The notes below the pieces were generated by a model. That model was not told the DNA's origin and ran no database searches. It saw nothing but the letters and a program-made list of their open reading frames with translations. From the IMG/VR virus record IMGVR_UViG_2681813455_000010, positions 1-64,000 of that record: a stretch of DNA of 64,000 nt. One strand, 5' to 3'. The translations under genes and the position numbers were made by a program. Source of the stretch: a virus. Taxonomy: Duplodnaviria; Heunggongvirae; Uroviricota; Caudoviricetes. This document shows positions 46,221 through 56,205 of the stretch, piece after piece (the stretch's first letter is position 1; each line of letters begins with the position of its first letter).

Positions 46221-46541
46221 ATGTCCATAAAGGTATTCAGAAGTGACCTTCAGACTGAGAGTGAATCAGACTATCGTAATTGGCTTGGCGATAATCCAGA
46301 CGGATATGTTGTCAATGCATTGAAGCGAACCAGAGGTAAAGGTAATAAATCTGACGAACGCTTTACCAGAATCCATAGAGCATCTTGCAAAACGATTAAT
46401 CCCCTGAAACGCAAGATCGATAAAACAGGATTCACAACTGGAGATTATCAAAAAATATGCTCAACCAACTTCCTCAATGTTGAAAATGAAGCAAAGAAAA
46501 TGACAGGTCTGACGAGCATCATCAAATGTCGATGCATCTAA
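46221..46541 (+). CDS. hypothetical protein (106 aa) between cos and Rz on the opposite strand (the position of bor in lambda)
   Basis: ATG 46221 with AGGAG SD; not a lipoprotein; no recognised family. Confidence 0.35.
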   Translation: MSIKVFRSDLQTESESDYRNWLGDNPDGYVVNALKRTRGKGNKSDERFTRIHRASCKTINPLKRKIDKTGFTTGDYQKICSTNFLNVENEAKKMTGLTSIIKCRCI

Positions 46542-46758
46542 AGCGTCCTGTAATTAACATGTTCAAAACACTCTCCGGGTGACCGCTAATGCTGTTGTCA
46601 GCCAAAAACTCTACGTTTCGATTATGTCAATTTTGCACCGCCCGATGCCGATAAATGCGAAAATCCGGCGACTATGTAGCGTAATCAAATCAACGAGATA
46701 CCACTTTCATGAAATAATTATCATCTGTCAGTTCAATATCAATGTTGAGAGAGAATAA

Positions 46759-46911
46759 ATGAGAGGAATGCCAAGAGGAAGTCGAGGACAGAGGGCTGTC
46801 CAGTCAACAGCAAGAAGAGCAAGACGATCAAATGCCAGCCATTCTGACCAATTAGGATGCCTGGCACTAATCATCTTTGGCCTGATATTTATCTATTTCA
46901 TGGCTAATTAG
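46759..46911 (+). CDS. possible small tail-anchored membrane protein (50 aa)
   Basis: MRGMPRGSRGQRAVQSTARRARRSNASHSDQLGCLALIIFGLIFIYFMAN: basic N-terminus plus one C-terminal TM helix; below ORF-track cutoff. Confidence 0.3.
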   Translation: MRGMPRGSRGQRAVQSTARRARRSNASHSDQLGCLALIIFGLIFIYFMAN

Positions 46912-46921
46912 CAAAGATTGC

Positions 46922-47377
46922 TCATCTTACACACTGCGTTCGAATGTATTGCTGCAAGCCTCGGATCATTTTATCACTGGTTTCAATCCGCTTTCTAAGG
47001 GTGAAATAATCCCGTTGAGCGGTGTCAGTAAGTCTGGGGCTGGCGCCATCATCCACGCCGGAGGCGGCGGTGATTTTATGCATGTCGGGACAGACTGCAT
47101 TGAAGCGCAGCCGCTTACGCCCAGCAGAAACATCAGCACGTAGACTTTCGATAGTCGCGTTAGCATCAGCAAGTTCCTTTGTATATCTGGCATCGAGTTC
47201 AGCTACATCACGTTGACGCTTCTGCATATCAGAGATGATAGATGTGGCTTTATCGCGCTGGTCTTTGTAGGCGATGGCGTTATCACGGTAATGATTAACA
47301 GCCAATGACAGGCAGACGATGATGCAGATAACCAGAACGGAGATAATCGCGGTTACCCTGCCCATTGTTGCCCCCAC
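46922..47377 (-). CDS. Rz: i-spanin Rz
   Basis: N-terminal TM plus ..[18 protein letters not shown].. matches lambda Rz. Confidence 0.85.
   Translation of the reverse strand: MGATMGRVTAIISVLVICIIVCLSLAVNHYRDNAIAYKDQRDKATSIISDMQKRQRDVAELDARYTKELADANATIESLRADVSAGRKRLRFNAVCPDMHKITAASGVDDGASPRLTDTAQRDYFTLRKRIETSDKMIRGLQQYIRTQCVR
46966..47166 (-). CDS. Rz1: o-spanin Rz1 (lipoprotein embedded in +1 frame of Rz)
   Basis: Embedded ORF with lipobox ..LLGVSGC and proline-rich [13 protein letters not shown]; start set at ATG 47166. Confidence 0.7.
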   Translation of the reverse strand: MLTRLSKVYVLMFLLGVSGCASMQSVPTCIKSPPPPAWMMAPAPDLLTPLNGIISPLESGLKPVIK

Positions 47378-47859
47378 AAACAGACCTCACGCTCAATCTC
47401 ACGACGAGTCATCAGGCCTTTCCATTGCTTACCGCCAGCGTATGTCCAGCGACGTAGCTGGTCACATGCGCCCTTGATATCGCCCTGGTTTATTTTGCGA
47501 AGAAGAGTAGATGTTCTGAAATTGCCTGCGCCCACGTTATAGACGAACGAGTAAAGAGCGCCGCGCGTTGTTTCCGGTATATCGACTTTGATGTACGGGT
47601 TAATTTGTCTGGCGACAGTGGCAAGGTCTTTATTCAGGAGGGCTTTGCATTCTGCTTCGGTATACGTTTTACCGAGCATAATGTCTTTTCCGGTGTGCCC
47701 GTAACATACAGTCCATACGCCAACGATATCTTTATATGGTATGTAGCTGACACCTTCCAGACCATCGTCACCACTCGGACCAGTGATGAGCACAGACGCT
47801 ATGGCAACAGCCCCACCACCAATAGCAGCTGCAACAGCCTTGCGTAATGATGGCGACAT
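47353..47859 (-). CDS. R: SAR-endolysin (T4-lysozyme-family muramidase with N-terminal signal-arrest-release helix)
   Basis: Gly/Ala-rich weakly hydrophobic N-terminal helix then lysozyme-like catalytic region; resembles phage 21-type endolysin. Confidence 0.8.
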   Translation of the reverse strand: MSPSLRKAVAAAIGGGAVAIASVLITGPSGDDGLEGVSYIPYKDIVGVWTVCYGHTGKDIMLGKTYTEAECKALLNKDLATVARQINPYIKVDIPETTRGALYSFVYNVGAGNFRTSTLLRKINQGDIKGACDQLRRWTYAGGKQWKGLMTRREIEREVCLWGQQWAG

Positions 47860-48074
47860 TATTCACCTCTCGCAGCCTTACGCTTATCTTCTTTAATCTT
47901 GAAATAAAGGTTTGTCAGGTACGTCAGCAGGCCAAATACCAGACTACCCAGCACACCTATTGCCGCCCACTGTGATGGCGTGACTTTATCGAGCAACTGT
48001 AAAAACCAGTAGCCAGCACTGCCTGCAGAGGTGCCATAGGCGACACCTGTTGTTAACTTATCCATTGATTTCAT
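47859..48074 (-). CDS. S: pinholin (phage 21 S21-like), dual-start motif MKSMDK
   Basis: ..[57 protein letters not shown] closely matches S21 pinholin as recalled. Confidence 0.85.
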
Positions 48075-48295
48075 ATCCTCACCCCGATGTACACGGATGG
48101 TGCAATATGTTTGAAAAGATCGGAGTCTACGGGTTAGTTTTTACAGCAAACGTTGTTCTCAACGACGCTCAAAAAACAGAAAATTAAAATAACGTGGTTA
48201 AATATTTTAAAAGAAAAACCATCTATTAAATAATAATGCGGGATATATTTTTCTATTTAGTGTAATGTATACGGCCATTTATACAGGAAAAGCCT

Positions 48296-48466
48296 ATGTC
48301 AGAACGTAAAGACTCAAAATCACGCCGTAATTATCTCGTAAAATGTTCCTGCCCAAACTGTACCCAAGAATCAGAACACAGTTTTTCTAGAGTACAAAAA
48401 GGTGCCCTTTTGATCTGCCCTCATTGCAACAAAGTATTCCAAACAAATCTTAAAGCTGTTGCCTGA
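48296..48466 (+). CDS. small zinc-ribbon-like protein (56 aa)
   Basis: ATG with AGGAAA SD; two CxxC pairs (CSCPNC...CPHC); followed by hairpin terminator; below ORF-track cutoff. Confidence 0.35.
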   Translation: MSERKDSKSRRNYLVKCSCPNCTQESEHSFSRVQKGALLICPHCNKVFQTNLKAVA

Positions 48467-48526
48467 GTGTTTTGATTACTTACAAAGAGTTTTTATATTT
48501 TAATAATATATTTAAATCAGATAATA

Positions 48527-48550
48527 AAAAACCCGCCTGCGCGGGTTTGA
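48527..48550. terminator. bidirectional rho-independent terminator hairpin
   Basis: aaaaaacccgcctgcgcgggttt: GC stem with A/T runs on both sides. Confidence 0.5.
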
Positions 48551-48747
48551 GATTGTGGTGCTTTTTGTGGTAGTTACCCACTTACGCACTTTGTATTGCT
48601 ATGCCAGCAGTTAGCTTCTACTGTAAAACTATTCATGCAGCAAACCTGCACTTCACCACAAAATGGGATTCAATACCCACAACTCTATCTGCATCTCTAC
48701 TCAGGCATCAGCCTTCTTCGTTATCGTATACAGACAAGCTATGAATT

Positions 48748-48963
48748 TTAATCAGTAATAATGACATTTGCTGCTGCAGGACCTTTAGCACCACTCTCTA
48801 CAGAGAAGGTAACCTTTTGGCCTTCAAATAAGGTTCGATAATTATCATTCTGAATTGCAGAAAAATGCACAAACACATCTTTACTACCATCAACAGGAGA
48901 AATAAAGCCAAAACCTTTATCAGCGTTAAACCATTTTACTAAACCAGTCATTTTATTTGACAT
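48748..48963 (-). CDS. cold-shock protein (CspA family) carried in prophage late region
   Basis: [38 protein letters not shown].. canonical cold-shock domain with RNP motifs. Confidence 0.9.
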   Translation of the reverse strand: MSNKMTGLVKWFNADKGFGFISPVDGSKDVFVHFSAIQNDNYRTLFEGQKVTFSVESGAKGPAAANVIITD

Positions 48964-49202
48964 TCTACATTCCTTAACTTGAGCCTTTCGGCATAAATGA
49001 TTTGTATAACAGAAACGACTTCGTACTTAATTGGAGAGACTCAAAGAAGGAATAAGTGAATAACACCTGAAATGAGAACTGCTTTAGTAAACTACTTCGT
49101 ATATCGTCTGTTCTTCAAACCGACGCAGCCATTAACGCATAGTTGTACACTTGGAAGCAATGTTTATTTTAGACATCCAGCCACCTCCCCATTTAAAACA
49201 CA

Positions 49203-49228
49203 AAAACCCGCTCATTAGCGGGTTTTCT
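49203..49228. terminator. rho-independent terminator downstream of Q (tR'-like)
   Basis: aaaacccgctcattagcgggtttt hairpin with flanking T-runs, ~100 bp downstream of Q stop. Confidence 0.5.
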
Positions 49229-49331
49229 ACTTTTTCTCAACACCGGACATACAAAGCCCATCGTTGAGAAAATCCTATCCATGTTTTTTGAAAAATGCAA
49301 GCATCATGTCGATATCTTCGGCGAAAATTAT

Positions 49332-50084
49332 TTATCTTGTCACTTTTCTCAACTGTGCTTCTGCATATGCTTCTTCCTGCCAGCACTTTGTAACCAGTTT
49401 ATCAATAACATCAGCATACCCCTTGTACCACTGATAATCCGTCAGGTCCGGTACCAGTTTCTGGACATGATGCCGCGCCAGTGTGGTTGGTAAACGGCTA
49501 AACCGGTTTCCATTGCAACGCCCACAAATCTTATAAACAGGCGTGCCATGAAGCCGGGTCCTTTTTTCATCCAGGACAATACCTTTACCCTTACACCCTC
49601 TGCACGCTGTGCTGACTTCTCCCTTACCATGACAATGCTGACATAGTTCCTTCACCCACTCTTCCTTGATAACGGATTCCCCGCTTCTGGAATGTTTCAC
49701 CACTTCGCGCAATACATTATGAAATCCCGTACCAGCACAATGCTCACAGCGAGCCTTACTTGCCGCAGACCTGGAATAATCAGCAAAGGCAAAATTCACG
49801 AGGTAAGGAATAATCTGTAACCGTGTTTCTGCACTCAATTTATTCAATGTCGGGTTATCCAGTGCCATCGCGTAATTGAGCAGACCTTCAATCGCAAACT
49901 GAGGGTCCTGAACACCAACTTTTGCCAGGAATAAGGCAAACCCAAGCGGTGCTTTCGACTGCACCATCCCCTGCGCAGCCATCACATCCGTAATTGATAA
50001 ACCACCTGAGTCTGTCGCCGGTGCGTCATCGCTCAATTTTGGAGATTTTGGGGAGTAATATTTTGGTAAGGCCTCAAGATTCAT
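49332..50084 (-). CDS. Q: late gene antiterminator Q (QuuD/phage 82-type)
   Basis: From MNLEALPKYYSPKSPKLSDDAPAT.. matches recalled DLP12 QuuD; CxxC zinc motifs. Confidence 0.85.
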   Translation of the reverse strand: MNLEALPKYYSPKSPKLSDDAPATDSGGLSITDVMAAQGMVQSKAPLGFALFLAKVGVQDPQFAIEGLLNYAMALDNPTLNKLSAETRLQIIPYLVNFAFADYSRSAASKARCEHCAGTGFHNVLREVVKHSRSGESVIKEEWVKELCQHCHGKGEVSTACRGCKGKGIVLDEKRTRLHGTPVYKICGRCNGNRFSRLPTTLARHHVQKLVPDLTDYQWYKGYADVIDKLVTKCWQEEAYAEAQLRKVTR

Positions 50085-50300
50085 TCTCGCTCTCCATTTA
50101 CACCAGCACGCCAATTGGCAGCAAAAAACAATAAAACGGCATCAACCGATCGTTATCTCTGGCTTCATACAATTGTCTCTGCCAGTGTTTTGGCGTAATT
50201 CTTCAGTATCCGGTAATCGGTCAAAACAGAACCGGGAAACGATATAAGCGCAGGCGCACCCAGCGGTAGCGAAGGAGTTCTGCCATATATGACTCACACA

Positions 50301-50663
50301 TCATTCATCCCCCAGTTCGGTGATGATCAGTTCCAGCTTTCCACCCTTGGTAACGGGCATTTTCACAACGCGATAATCAACGACCTGAGCATCATCCAGC
50401 CAGAAACCTGCTTTGGTGAGTGCGTCAAAAGCTGCTTTTTGCAGATTATCCAGGTCACGGCGACGGCGATCCGGCATGTGGCACTCAATACGGATTTTCA
50501 CTGGCATAGCCAGACCGATATCCAGCATGGAGCCTTTGATGATTCGGGCGACGTTATCGCGGTATACCTGCCCCTCTGCGCTGATGTGCGTGCGCCCGCG
50601 ATTATGGCGATAATAGCGATTATTGCTCGGAGGCCAGGGTAATGTGATGCTGTAGGTATTCAC
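50301..50663 (-). CDS. rusA: Holliday junction resolvase RusA
   Basis: [26 protein letters not shown].. matches E. coli RusA. Confidence 0.9.
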   Translation of the reverse strand: MNTYSITLPWPPSNNRYYRHNRGRTHISAEGQVYRDNVARIIKGSMLDIGLAMPVKIRIECHMPDRRRRDLDNLQKAAFDALTKAGFWLDDAQVVDYRVVKMPVTKGGKLELIITELGDE

Positions 50664-50950
50664 GCGTTAATAACCCCCTCTTTCAGCCAGATAACCTGTG
50701 TTCTCGCCATACCTTCCAGCGCGCATTCTTTTGCATATCCAGCGTCAACAAAATGCGTGCGACGGTCGATCTCATCGTGACAGGCAGAACATGCAATGGT
50801 GGCAATCAGGTCTGGCGGTTTGGTACCGGTGCCACACAATCCAGCCAGCCGGATATGTGCCAGTACAGACGTTTCAGGGTTGCCATTACATATGCCAGGG
50901 ATTCTTACCTGGCATTCCCGACCACGCGCTGCTTTTCTCAAATCAGCCAT
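50660..50950 (-). CDS. ybcO: YbcO-like protein (DUF1364)
   Basis: [35 protein letters not shown].. matches DLP12 YbcO as recalled. Confidence 0.75.
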   Translation of the reverse strand: MADLRKAARGRECQVRIPGICNGNPETSVLAHIRLAGLCGTGTKPPDLIATIACSACHDEIDRRTHFVDAGYAKECALEGMARTQVIWLKEGVINA

Positions 50951-51113
50951 GATTCCTCCTTGCTGCCAGTCGCAACCATTTTTTATCAACCAGGCTGGCG
51001 GTATACCCTAGCAGTGTTGGTATTTCGGATGGCTTCAGCTCAGGCTTACGCTTACGACGATTTGGTACTCTGTAGATGTGTCCGTTCATGACACGAATAA
51101 GCGGTGTAGCCAT
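50943..51113 (-). CDS. ninE: NinE
   Basis: [56 protein letters not shown]; below ORF-track cutoff. Confidence 0.7.
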   Translation of the reverse strand: MATPLIRVMNGHIYRVPNRRKRKPELKPSEIPTLLGYTASLVDKKWLRLAARRNHG

Positions 51114-51568
51114 TACGCCTCCTGCTTGTCGCGGAGCTGCTGGAACTCGCAGCTCTGCGGAATAGTCAGGTGGCAGCCAATATTCATCGCCCAGGCTTCA
51201 ACCTTACAGAGGAAGACATACATCTCTCCGGTATCAAGATCGGAGGTATGGCGTAACGACTGGATAGTGGTGATATCACCGGTTACGACATCAACCAGGT
51301 CTTTGGTTTCATAACCGAGATATGTGTGTTTGAGAGCATCTTTTACCCAAGCTGGAGTGGCGAACGTTTTACCCTTGCTGATGAGGTATTCACTGATTTC
51401 GCTGTACCACATGTGGCTGAGTGCATTCTGGGAAAGACTGCGTCTCTCGCGCCACGGTTTAAGCACCATGCGAAAGCATTTTCCGTCCTCCAGATAAGGC
51501 TGGATCTGCTGACCGATAGCGGTGAAGTTACCGCGATGCAATTTGATACCGTCTTGTGGGAGGTTCAC
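51113..51568 (-). CDS. ybcN: YbcN-like nin-region protein
   Basis: 151 aa; position upstream of ninE/ybcO/rusA as in DLP12. Confidence 0.65.
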
Positions 51569-51755
51569 GCTTCACCTCCGCAGAGGTCAAACGCTAGATG
51601 CAAAGAATTGCAGGTGCATTTCTGCATCTGTGAAGGGAGAAGAGAGTTTGGATTGTATGTGCGCATAAACGTCCCCGTTTAGCGCAGAAGTCACCGGAGT
51701 TGTTCAGGCTCCGATGACATGATTATGGCGGGTTGATTATGGAAAATCAATCAAG

Positions 51756-52265
51756 CTATGTTTCATCGGCGAGGTCATCATCTGTGACAATCATGAGGTT
51801 AAAGAATGAAATAATGTTTAACCACTGCGAGTAAATATCGCTCGTCATGCTGGTTAGCTCCTCTCCGTGAAAGAAGGCATCAGGCCCAACCTCATAGTTG
51901 AGCTCTTCAAAAAGCTCCATGTTTAATTGGCTAATAAAGAATTGCTTCAGACCTTTCATTGCATCCTGATTGTTGGTATCTGAGTAATTTATTATGCTCC
52001 CCATTGCCATGTTCAAACATCGAACAATATTGGCTGCGTCATGAAAGCTCCAGTCAGCCCCTTTCTTTCCTTTTGAGTATGAATTCGCTCTCTCAGCGCA
52101 AGCTTTTAATGTCTCGTACAAATACTGCTTTCCTTGCAACTGCAAAGCTTTTTCGGATGTGGCCCTGCTAGCTTCTGAGGATCGCCATGCTAAATAAGTT
52201 GCTACCGCAGATGCGATAGCTGCAATCGCAGAAACTGCATCTATACCGTTATCCCAACCAGACAT
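51756..52265 (-). CDS. hypothetical protein (169 aa), N-terminal TM helix; nin-region cargo
   Basis: AT-rich ORF with hydrophobic N-terminus (AVSAIAAIASAVATYLAW). Confidence 0.5.
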   Translation of the reverse strand: MSGWDNGIDAVSAIAAIASAVATYLAWRSSEASRATSEKALQLQGKQYLYETLKACAERANSYSKGKKGADWSFHDAANIVRCLNMAMGSIINYSDTNNQDAMKGLKQFFISQLNMELFEELNYEVGPDAFFHGEELTSMTSDIYSQWLNIISFFNLMIVTDDDLADET

Positions 52266-52314
52266 AAAAACCCCCTCGATTATTTGAGGGGATTATACCT
52301 TCAAAGTTTCCGCG

Positions 52315-52536
52315 CTACCCATTCATAACTAAAGCTTTTGCTTTCCAATGAGAAAGCGCGCTATGTTCGCTAGAACCTGTTTCGACTATATGGCGCCCCC
52401 AGGAATCTCCCCATGCCCTCCACGTTGACTTGCCGGTTTGGACTACTGTGACAACATACTCTTTGCCGTCGATGTTAACTTCATGCTGCACTGGTGATTG
52501 TGATTTCATTTTCAAACCTCTGCTTATCGTTGACAT
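52315..52536 (-). CDS. hypothetical protein (73 aa)
   Basis: Short ORF in nin region. Confidence 0.4.
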   Translation of the reverse strand: MSTISRGLKMKSQSPVQHEVNIDGKEYVVTVVQTGKSTWRAWGDSWGRHIVETGSSEHSALSHWKAKALVMNG

Positions 52537-52560
52537 CGCAATTATGCTGTCACGACATAA

Positions 52561-53367
52561 TCACTTCGCCTCCTGCTGCGGTGCTGCTGCGATCATGGCC
52601 TTCCATTGGTGGTCTGGGCTCCATAATCCACCGCCATCTTCACACTCTTCCTGCGCCTGATGGTACGCCTCACGCATTTCTGGAGTTGGCTCCTTAGGAA
52701 CCAGCACCCAACCATCCGGAATCACCGGAGAGTTGCTGACGGGCGACTCGGAAATTTTTGGCGAAGAATCTAGGGCTGGCGCGGTCTGCATGGTGGTGGG
52801 CGACTCGGCTTTTTCGGCACCCTGAAGCATGGCGTCGCGGCATCCGTCATACGCTTCTTTCATAGCATCACGCACCCATCCGACAGGTTTCTGCTCAGTC
52901 AACTCACACCATTTCTCGAATGTGGGCACAGATACCGGAACTGGCGGTGCTGCATAAAGCGCCTGACAACTCCAGCCAGACCAGTGAGCACCCTCCGCTC
53001 TCTCATCATCTTCAGGGCGAACAAGCGTGACTTCGCTCGGGTGTTTCCTGTGTGACCACAGCCAGGCTACGGTTTCGGCATTGGCTGGCTCTGGCGGGGC
53101 GGAGTAAAAATACTCATCCTCAATCCCATCAACGGGCTTTGAGAAGCCGATAAAATCACCATAATGCCAAGGATAGGGGCCGTATGGCTCAGAGGTCACA
53201 CGACGCCACCGGTGAATGGCAGGCTCCGCTTCGAGCGATGCCAGCGCGATACGCAGTGCCGCCAGCGTGTTGCTGTCGCCTTCGTCCAGACCGAACGGGA
53301 TTTCATCTCTGGCTGCTTCCATGTCGGCAATTTTCTGCTGCAGCCATTGTTTGGTAATAGTGCTCAT
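52561..53367 (-). CDS. hypothetical protein (268 aa)
   Basis: ORF in nin region; acidic, Trp-rich. Confidence 0.5.
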   Translation of the reverse strand: MSTITKQWLQQKIADMEAARDEIPFGLDEGDSNTLAALRIALASLEAEPAIHRWRRVTSEPYGPYPWHYGDFIGFSKPVDGIEDEYFYSAPPEPANAETVAWLWSHRKHPSEVTLVRPEDDERAEGAHWSGWSCQALYAAPPVPVSVPTFEKWCELTEQKPVGWVRDAMKEAYDGCRDAMLQGAEKAESPTTMQTAPALDSSPKISESPVSNSPVIPDGWVLVPKEPTPEMREAYHQAQEECEDGGGLWSPDHQWKAMIAAAPQQEAK

Positions 53368-53633
53368 GATGCCTCTCCTTTACCGGATGCGGCGGCGATC
53401 AGCTTCTGCGCCTGCTGAATGTCAGGATTGCCTGCAATCATCACTTCTGGCGCGTCACAGTCACCGCCAAGGTCAAGAATGCGCTCATGTCCGGTACGCA
53501 GGCAGGATTTGTATCCTGAAACCGTCTGCTTGAGCGATTCGGTCAGCACAGCAATCCTCTGGTCTTTGGCTTCCAGCTCATCCAGCAGCGCCAGCACTGT
53601 GGCTGGGTTGGCTGCGGAGTTCAGCGCGTTCAA
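53364..53633 (-). CDS. hypothetical protein (89 aa)
   Basis: 4-bp overlap with downstream gene. Confidence 0.4.
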   Translation of the reverse strand: MNALNSAANPATVLALLDELEAKDQRIAVLTESLKQTVSGYKSCLRTGHERILDLGGDCDAPEVMIAGNPDIQQAQKLIAAASGKGEAS

Positions 53634-53773
53634 GGCAGTGATATCTGCATCAAGCTGAGTTCATTCTGCCAGTGAGATATCGAAAATGTCATCAGGCGGC
53701 ATAACACTAAGGCGCTCATGTGCACCAACTGCTGCCTCAGCGATTTCACGTAATGCGCGTTTGTCGATGTTGC

Positions 53774-54004
53774 TCATTCTTCATCCTCCAACTCAGATAC
53801 GGCGTCCATTACATCTGAGCCGCGAATGGTTTCGAATGCCACACAAGCCATTTCAAAGCACAGGCGCTCATGCGGGTGCGGAGATTGCCAATACTTGAAG
53901 CCAGGACGATGCGAATAGCCCTGCATCGCATAAAACTCTCCGGCCAATTCAATGGCGGCATCCACCAGTTCACGGTTTGTCATTGGTTTGTCGATGTTGC
54001 TCAT
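53774..54004 (-). CDS. hypothetical protein (76 aa)
   Basis: Short ORF; shares MSNIDK start motif with a tiny adjacent ORF. Confidence 0.4.
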   Translation of the reverse strand: MSNIDKPMTNRELVDAAIELAGEFYAMQGYSHRPGFKYWQSPHPHERLCFEMACVAFETIRGSDVMDAVSELEDEE

Positions 54005-54258
54005 TGGGCGGCCTCCTGGATTAACTTTTCGAGAATGGCATCAAGGGCTTTCCGTTTTCCGATATACCCGCCACCAACCCACTCTCCACGAAGCAAGGCG
54101 TAATATTTCCCGTCGTCTTCGTGATACGGTCCTCGGATAGACCAGTCGGTTGTGATGGCGTCGATAGCCTTTTTAGTTTCTGCGAAATCCATCATGCTCA
54201 TACCCCTACCCTCCCCCAAACCATCAACACCCGCTTCATCGCGGCACTCTGGCGACAC
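54001..54258 (-). CDS. hypothetical protein (85 aa)
   Basis: 4-bp overlap coupling. Confidence 0.4.
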   Translation of the reverse strand: MSPECRDEAGVDGLGEGRGMSMMDFAETKKAIDAITTDWSIRGPYHEDDGKYYALLRGEWVGGGYIGKRKALDAILEKLIQEAAQ

Positions 54259-54491
54259 TCCTTAAAAATCAGGTTAGTGCTCACCTTTCCTTCCCGTTCT
54301 TCCCTGGTAGCGAATCTGTAATACACCGTTCGCCAGACCTTACCATCAATGACCAAGATTCCTGCCCGCGCCATTTTAGCCGCAGCCTGATTTATGCTGG
54401 TTACTGTTGCGCCTGTTACCGCGGCAACGTCCTGCGCACAGAAGCTCTTATGCGTCCCCAGGTAATAAATAATTGCCTCTTTGCCCGTCAT
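54198..54491 (-). CDS. hypothetical protein (97 aa) immediately downstream of P
   Basis: 4-bp overlap with P stop. Confidence 0.4.
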   Translation of the reverse strand: MTGKEAIIYYLGTHKSFCAQDVAAVTGATVTSINQAAAKMARAGILVIDGKVWRTVYYRFATREEREGKVSTNLIFKECRQSAAMKRVLMVWGRVGV

Positions 54492-55189
54492 ACACTTGCT
54501 CCTTTCAGTCCGAACTTAGCTTTGATTTCTGCGATCTTCGCCAAAGCCTGTGCACGATTTAAAGGTCTACCGCCCATGACAGGAAGTTGTTTTACTGGTT
54601 CAGGTATCGCCTCACCACGGTTAATTCGCGCGGTCATACAGGTCAGCTCATCGGCAGCTTTACGCCGTAATTCCGCGTCAGTCAGCGCATTGGCCCGCAT
54701 GTTCTGGTACAGGTTGGTAACCAACCAGTAGTGCGCGTTTGATTTCCATGGATAAGACTCTGCGTCCGGATACAGGCCACGCTTCCGGCAATACTCGTAA
54801 ACCATATCAACCAGCTCGCTGACGTTTGGCAGTCCGGCGGTAACGGATGCTTCTTCCCGGCACCATGCAACAAACTGCCCGGGTGATGGCAGAAATGGTC
54901 GATTCTGCCGACGGGCTACGCGCATTCCTGCGTTAACCTGTTCCATCGTGGTGATCCCGTTTTCCCGAAAAGCCAGAACCCACTGGCGACGGATTTCGTT
55001 CACTTCGTTCTGGTCACGGTTAGCCAGGCTCGCCGGGAAAGTTGCCAGTAACTGGCTGAACACACCGTTGATGATCTGCGCTACCTGCTGTACCTGCGGC
55101 TTTTCGTCGTACTGTTCCGGCATGTTGTTGGCGATCCGACGCATCTGCTCACGGTCAAAGTTAACCATCTGTGCGGCGATGTTTTTCAT
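54488..55189 (-). CDS. P: replication protein P (DnaB helicase loader)
   Basis: MKNIAAQMVNFDREQMRRIANNMPEQYDEKPQ.. matches lambda P along its length. Confidence 0.95.
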   Translation of the reverse strand: MKNIAAQMVNFDREQMRRIANNMPEQYDEKPQVQQVAQIINGVFSQLLATFPASLANRDQNEVNEIRRQWVLAFRENGITTMEQVNAGMRVARRQNRPFLPSPGQFVAWCREEASVTAGLPNVSELVDMVYEYCRKRGLYPDAESYPWKSNAHYWLVTNLYQNMRANALTDAELRRKAADELTCMTARINRGEAIPEPVKQLPVMGGRPLNRAQALAKIAEIKAKFGLKGASV

Positions 55190-56205
55190 AGATCCACCCC
55201 GTAAATCCAGTCTGTGTTTGTCAGGTCGAGTTTTGGTTTGCTGGCTGTCACGCCTGCCTGTTGCTTGTTACGGTTGATTTCGAGTTGGGTCCACTTATCG
55301 CGGAGTTTGGCCGGACTTAGCACGTTACCGGACCAGAAGTTGTCCTGGCATGCCCAGCGGAACAGCACGCACATGTCGCGGTGGTTACGTCCGTCACGTT
55401 CACGCATCAGGCGGATATCGTTAGCCCACCCTGCAAAATTCGGTTTTCTGGCTGATGGCGCGATGGTCTTCACCATGTCAAACATCCACTCTGCGGCGGT
55501 CAGGTCTTCTGCTGTCCCCCACCTGCTGCCGCTCTGAATTGCAACATCTGGTTTCTCCACAGGAAGATCGTTTTCTGGTTGGTCAGAGGATTCGCCAGAA
55601 TTCTCGGACGAAAAAGGTTTTATATTGTCTTTTGTTAGTTTGTCTTTTGTGTTTACCTGATTCGGGTAAACGCCTTTACCTGATTTGGGTAAACTTTTCT
55701 TACCTGATTCAGGTAAATTTACCTCTTTCAGGTAAACTTTATTTTTCTTACCTGATTCGGGTAATGTTGACCATTCACTGACCACATTATTAATGCCGAT
55801 ATTCCGCCCGCTCTGAATAAAAATCCCACGCTTTACCAGAACACTTTTTGCAGCAGAACACTTGTGCGGCAATATCCCGGTCAACTCGGAAAGTTGCTCG
55901 TTGCTCACCCAATCCAGTTTTTTATTAAAGCCATATGTTTTGCGCATGACAGCCAGGAAGACCAGAAGCTGGTGCTGTGTTAATCCGGCCAGCATCACAG
56001 CTTCCAGCAACTCATTTGCAATGCGCGTATAACCATCATCGAGATCTGCCACGCGCGGCTCCTTTTGTGCCACATCCGGCACTGGAAAATTGAATATCTC
56101 AGCAGTGTTTGCCATAATTCCTCCCGCAATGAGTGTGTTACGATTTGCACCTGAAAGTCGGTTCTGTTCGCGCAGACCGGCTTTCGCCATTTCTGAACCT
56201 GTCAT
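55186..56205 (-). CDS. O: replication initiator O
   Basis: Lambda O-like organisation with internal ori iterons; C-terminus P-interacting-like. Confidence 0.85.
   Translation of the reverse strand: MTGSEMAKAGLREQNRLSGANRNTLIAGGIMANTAEIFNFPVPDVAQKEPRVADLDDGYTRIANELLEAVMLAGLTQHQLLVFLAVMRKTYGFNKKLDWVSNEQLSELTGILPHKCSAAKSVLVKRGIFIQSGRNIGINNVVSEWSTLPESGKKNKVYLKEVNLPESGKKSLPKSGKGVYPNQVNTKDKLTKDNIKPFSSENSGESSDQPENDLPVEKPDVAIQSGSRWGTAEDLTAAEWMFDMVKTIAPSARKPNFAGWANDIRLMRERDGRNHRDMCVLFRWACQDNFWSGNVLSPAKLRDKWTQLEINRNKQQAGVTASKPKLDLTNTDWIYGVDL
55655..55765. repeat. ori iterons inside O gene (four ~18-bp TTACCTGATTCGGGTAAA-type repeats) followed by AT-rich stretch
   Basis: Read directly: cctgattcgggtaaacg / cctgatttgggtaaac / cctgattcaggtaaat / cctgattcgggtaatg. 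Confidence 0.8.
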
